Of a DNA stretch of 64,000 nucleotides, positions 60,730-64,000 are shown in pieces (position 1 is the stretch's first letter; every line of letters starts with the position of its first letter). The notes under the pieces are model-generated. The model saw nothing but the letters and a program-made list of their open reading frames with translations, made no database searches and was not told the origin of the DNA. The translations under genes were made by a program, and so were the position numbers. The stretch lies in sequence record OP870146.1; one strand, given 5' to 3'. The DNA is from Escherichia phage vB_Eco_F27.

Positions 60730-60875
60730 TATTCGCCTTTTAACACGTTAAGAAGAGCTAAGATCGCTAAGGTGCCTTGTGATACGGCCTGTTGAAATAC
60801 CGTTGTTTCGCCTGTAACTAAAGTGTTAACGAATAAAAACGACCAACACAACAATGCAATAATCCATGATACCAT
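60729..60875 (-). CDS. small hydrophobic membrane peptide, 48 aa
   Basis: Hand translation MVSWIIALLCWSFLFVNTLVTGETTVFQQAVSQGTLAILALLNVLKGE; GAGGT RBS. Confidence 0.45.
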   Translation of the reverse strand: MVSWIIALLCWSFLFVNTLVTGETTVFQQAVSQGTLAILALLNVLKGE

Positions 60876-60927
60876 TTTAATTACCTCAAAAATAAATTAA
60901 AGGCCTAACTTAATAGGCCTGTATAAA

Positions 60928-61374
60928 TTAGTAACTCTGCAGAATGAATTTGAAGTTATCAGCCAGAAGACGGTTCATTTCAGTGAGTGTTTGATATTCT
61001 GATGTATGGTTGCGAGTGAATGCCAGAGCCAATTGACCTTTACCATAACCAGTGGTCAGTGGTTTCATGTTCTTAGCTGCAACAAAGATTACATCATATT
61101 CAATATTGTTAGTGCCCATGGTACGGGCTAGTTGCGAACGGCCTTGACGAATGTGAGAAAGAATTGCATCCAACCCTTGTTTAGAACGTTGACGTCCTAC
61201 AAAGAATCGTGCTGCTACTTGTCGCCAATCAGATGAACCTTTAACGAAGAAGTAAAAACCTTCACGAGAACGAAACTCTTTAGAAACTTCAGAACCGTAT
61301 TCGCCATTACGAACTACTGCAACAACTTCACCGCCAACTGCCAGAAGGTCTTTACGAGTTAAATATTTGGACAT
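60928..61374 (-). CDS. ndd: nucleoid disruption protein Ndd
   Basis: ORF track 148 aa; motif [25 protein letters not shown]...[22 protein letters not shown] recognised as T4 Ndd. Confidence 0.85.
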   Translation of the reverse strand: MSKYLTRKDLLAVGGEVVAVVRNGEYGSEVSKEFRSREGFYFFVKGSSDWRQVAARFFVGRQRSKQGLDAILSHIRQGRSQLARTMGTNNIEYDVIFVAAKNMKPLTTGYGKGQLALAFTRNHTSEYQTLTEMNRLLADNFKFILQSY

Positions 61375-61428
61375 GCTAATTTCCTCAATTGATTAATGTT
61401 TTTGTAATCCATGAGAGCATTATACTCT

Positions 61429-61448
61429 GCTCTCAAGAGTTTGTACAA
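61429..61448 (-). promoter_or_regulatory. early-type promoter (ndd), variant -35 TTGTAC
   Basis: TTGTACaaactcttgagagcagagTATAAT on minus strand. Confidence 0.4.
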
Positions 61449-61450
61449 TT

Positions 61451-61651
61451 TTATTCGGCTATATCAGAACGTTCAAAAAGCTCTTCAACAGTTAAACATT
61501 CAGTGTCATCTTCAATAAAGAATCGAGTCCAACACGTTGGGGCGATACAGTTATGAGTTTGTCCGGCGATAGAAGCTACACGAATAAGCTGCTGACCATT
61601 ATTCAGAACAAATTTTTCACCAATTTCAACATCTTTAAAAAGCTTAGCCAT
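61451..61651 (-). CDS. hypothetical protein (ndd.x position)
   Basis: ORF track 66 aa; early promoter 61680-61709. Confidence 0.45.
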   Translation of the reverse strand: MAKLFKDVEIGEKFVLNNGQQLIRVASIAGQTHNCIAPTCWTRFFIEDDTECLTVEELFERSDIAE

Positions 61652-61679
61652 TTTGTGTTCCTCATGTTTCAGTAGGACT

Positions 61680-61709
61680 ACTATACCATAATCCTACCTT
61701 GTTGTAAAC
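61680..61709 (-). promoter_or_regulatory. T4 early-type promoter
   Basis: GTTTACaacaaggtaggattatggTATAGT on minus strand. Confidence 0.5.
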
Positions 61710-61711
61710 AA

Positions 61712-61822
61712 TTAAATTACATTAAAATATGTTAAAGCCAACCATGTTCCAGTGAACGAACATGCGATGTAAAACCACGCATCACAAATTGTTCTTAGTA
61801 CAATAAGAAGTGCATTTTTCAT
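61712..61822 (-). CDS. hydrophobic micro-peptide, 36 aa
   Basis: Hand translation MKNALLIVLRTICDAWFYIACSFTGTWLALTYFNVI; ATGA overlap with upstream peptide. Confidence 0.4.
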   Translation of the reverse strand: MKNALLIVLRTICDAWFYIACSFTGTWLALTYFNVI

Positions 61823-61905
61823 AAGTACCTCAACACAATTGAAAATATTATACAAATCATTGGGATACTAAGCAACCATATTCCTATCCACATTTTAGAG
61901 CTCAT
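61819..61905 (-). CDS. hydrophobic micro-peptide, 28 aa
   Basis: Hand translation MSSKMWIGIWLLSIPMICIIFSIVLRYL; ATGA overlap with the stop of the 87-aa ORF. Confidence 0.4.
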   Translation of the reverse strand: MSSKMWIGIWLLSIPMICIIFSIVLRYL

Positions 61906-62165
61906 ATCTCAACTTCCGCGAGTTCCATATATCCTTTGTTGATAACCTCTTTAAGGTCTTTAGAAAGAATAATGTTAAAATGGTCGTTCATATGTCCGTT
62001 AACTAAACGAGTTATTTCGGCTTCAGATGACATATAAGGCACGTCTGAGTCCCAATGAGATAGACCCAAATGGGTATAAATCATCCCTTCGTCATCTGCA
62101 GTGTTGTACATTGAAACAAATTCGCCTGTTACTTTATGTTTTGCGTAGAAAAATTTAAATTTCAT
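61902..62165 (-). CDS. hypothetical protein (ndd.x position)
   Basis: ORF track 87 aa; early promoter 62202-62221. Confidence 0.5.
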   Translation of the reverse strand: MKFKFFYAKHKVTGEFVSMYNTADDEGMIYTHLGLSHWDSDVPYMSSEAEITRLVNGHMNDHFNIILSKDLKEVINKGYMELAEVEI

Positions 62166-62201
62166 GATGTTATCCTCTTTTAGATAGGACTACTATATCA
62201 T

Positions 62202-62221
62202 AGTCCTACTTAGTTGTAAAC
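62202..62221 (-). promoter_or_regulatory. T4 early-type promoter
   Basis: GTTTACaactaagtaggactatgaTATAGT on minus strand. Confidence 0.5.
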
Positions 62222-62233
62222 ACTTTTATGAAA

Positions 62234-62791
62234 TTAAAGATGAAGATACCACCCGTTGTAGTTGCTCTTGCGGACGATTTTCTTTAGGTCTTCATGGTCT
62301 CCCACGAACTTTATAGAATAAGAGAAGACGTCAGGTGAGGTTTCTTTGACATCTAATATAATAATGCAATCTGCGACTCGATGGTTCAAGAAGGGCCCTA
62401 TATTGATTCCATTACCACCCGGATAATCACCACTGTATCCTGTGGTAACCGAAATCCATTTAGAATCTATCTGGTGCGTCTTGACTTCGACACGCAACCC
62501 ACAGTATTTAGGATGAGCTAAAACGTCCCATGCATACGTGTACGGGTCTTCTACGTCTTCATTACCTTTATTAACATATCCGTCTAGCCAATTTGCTACT
62601 ACATACTCTGCAAAGACTGCAACCTTACAACGTCGAACAACGTCTTCTTTTATTTGACCTGGATCTTGTTTCAACGAATACCGAGCAGTGTCAGCAATCT
62701 TCACCTTCATTTCACTAGTCAAAAACTCATTCGACAGGATAAATGTCGGAAGACTCTTCAGCCTCAACAGCCCCAAGTTCGTCTTTACCAT
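62234..62791 (-). CDS. denB: endonuclease IV (DenB)-like
   Basis: ORF track 206-aa frame; start placed at MVKTNL (GAGGT RBS) giving 185 aa; identified by size, position next to rIIB and partial recall of sequence. Confidence 0.55.
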   Translation of the reverse strand: MVKTNLGLLRLKSLPTFILSNEFLTSEMKVKIADTARYSLKQDPGQIKEDVVRRCKVAVFAEYVVANWLDGYVNKGNEDVEDPYTYAWDVLAHPKYCGLRVEVKTHQIDSKWISVTTGYSGDYPGGNGINIGPFLNHRVADCIIILDVKETSPDVFSYSIKFVGDHEDLKKIVRKSNYNGWYLHL

Positions 62792-63014
62792 AGATACCTC
62801 TGATGTGTAGTTCGCCAAAATAAATGCGGTCACCTTCTTCAAGATATTCTGCATCTACCGGTGGGATTTCAATAACAACTTCGTCGCATTCTAACCAGCC
62901 GTAGTGTGCATCACCAGGATGTTTTACCAATTTAGCGCAATAAACTGATTTGCACTTATGATGACCACGAAGATTAGCGATTTTGGATTCTGATACGTCA
63001 AATGGATGAATCAT
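62727..63014 (-). CDS. hypothetical Cys/His-containing protein, 95 aa (denB.1 position)
   Basis: ORF track frame; start placed at MIHPFDV directly after the rIIB terminator; segment HHKCKSVYCAKLVKH. Confidence 0.45.
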   Translation of the reverse strand: MIHPFDVSESKIANLRGHHKCKSVYCAKLVKHPGDAHYGWLECDEVVIEIPPVDAEYLEEGDRIYFGELHIRGIYGKDELGAVEAEESSDIYPVE

Positions 63015-63034
63015 AATTACCCCTAAAGAAAAAA

Positions 63035-63050
63035 AGGGGACCGAAGTCCC
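63035..63050 (-). terminator. UUCG hairpin terminator after rIIB
   Basis: Minus strand GGGGAC-UUCG-GUCCCC followed by U8. Confidence 0.65.
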
Positions 63051-63056
63051 CAATTA

Positions 63057-63983
63057 TTATTCTGCAAATAATTCAGTAACGTCTGAAATTACTTCGTAAC
63101 GACAAGTACGCATCTTAGCATCGCCATAGTCAACTGGGATAGATACAACATCACGTGGATGAACTTTAACCTTAACAACTTTATCTGAGCTTGAACCAAA
63201 GTGGCGAATATAAGATTTAGCACAAACATGTAGACCACGGGAGCAGGTTTGAGTATCATCATCGTTAACTCGAGTACGAGGCATTGAAACAACTTTACCA
63301 GGCGAGTTATCAAATGTACCGCTATAACAATCTAAATAGTCTTTACGAACTACTTTCCACGCGTAGAAATGCCCATCTTCAGTGATTTCAATATCATTTG
63401 CAACCAAGAAGTCGAATAAACGTTGTACAGCTTTTTCGCTCGGGTTTTCTAGCAGGTTTTCAAGGAACGGCAGATAGAATTTAAAGTCTTCACCTTTTTC
63501 CATTGAATCAATAATACGGTTAACCAGTCCTGAACGAATCTCTATACCTTGATAAAATAAACTACCACCTTCAATAACAACATTACCGTCAACAAACTTA
63601 CTAATAGCTTTCTTGATGTTAATAAGTTCGACAGCTTTACTAAGGTTTCCTGCGACCAGATTAGCTTTAATTTCTTCAAAATTTGCATGACTTGATGGAG
63701 TCGCATTGTATGCTACGCGTCCTTCAATAATTGAAATAAATTTAGATGACGCATTCCATACGATTTCAGGACGATGGCCGCCGATAATAGGTTCATCATT
63801 TTCTTGAACTTCTTCAACTTTCGAAGTCTCATCTTCGGCTTTAAAATTCTTAACAATCTTACGAAGAGTATCTGTTGAAATGTCGAAGTAATCAGCAATT
63901 TCCCGACGGGTCCATTGACCTGATTCAACCAGTCTGTAAGCTTCTAACTGTTCTTCTTTGGACAAGCATTTGATATTGTACAT
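63057..63983 (-). CDS. rIIB: rIIB protein
   Basis: ORF track 308 aa; translation (MYNIKCLSKEEQLEAYRLVESGQWTRREIADYF...) recognised as T4 rIIB. Confidence 0.9.
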   Translation of the reverse strand: MYNIKCLSKEEQLEAYRLVESGQWTRREIADYFDISTDTLRKIVKNFKAEDETSKVEEVQENDEPIIGGHRPEIVWNASSKFISIIEGRVAYNATPSSHANFEEIKANLVAGNLSKAVELINIKKAISKFVDGNVVIEGGSLFYQGIEIRSGLVNRIIDSMEKGEDFKFYLPFLENLLENPSEKAVQRLFDFLVANDIEITEDGHFYAWKVVRKDYLDCYSGTFDNSPGKVVSMPRTRVNDDDTQTCSRGLHVCAKSYIRHFGSSSDKVVKVKVHPRDVVSIPVDYGDAKMRTCRYEVISDVTELFAE

Positions 63984-64000
63984 AATGTTTCCTTATTTGG

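Overview
This 64-kb window is a contiguous segment of a T4-like (T-even, Tevenvirinae-type) myophage genome. Gene order and many translated proteins are recognisably T4 homologues; this is from memory of T4 sequences and synteny, not from a database search. Plus-strand late genes: 3' end of gene 20, then 67-68-21-22-23, 24, uvsW, baseplate 51-27-28-29-48-54, long tail fibre 34-35-36-37-38 and holin t. Minus-strand early/middle genes: rnlB, hoc, inh, uvsY, 25-26, alt, DNA ligase 30 and the 30.x cluster, rIII, 31, cd, pseT, a spanin pair, alc, rnlA, denA, nrdB, nrdA, intron-split td (with I-TevI), frd, 32, 59, 33, dsbA, rnh, asiA, motA, 52, ndd, denB, rIIB. Regulatory architecture is T4-like: GTTTAC-N17/18-TAnnAT early promoters on the minus strand, TATAAATA late promoters, MotA-box middle promoters, and stable UUCG-tetraloop hairpins. 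No tRNA, rRNA or CRISPR was seen. I did not find a clear-cut new multi-gene system. The best candidates for something beyond the T4 core are a complete DAHP synthase fused into the cd operon, a NADAR/YbiA-like plus HAD-like pair beside ligase/alt, an orphan early gene between 23 and 24, a 294-bp non-coding region between rIII and 30.9, and chains of translationally coupled micro-peptide genes. Coordinates of features not taken from the ORF track were counted by hand and may be off by a base or two.
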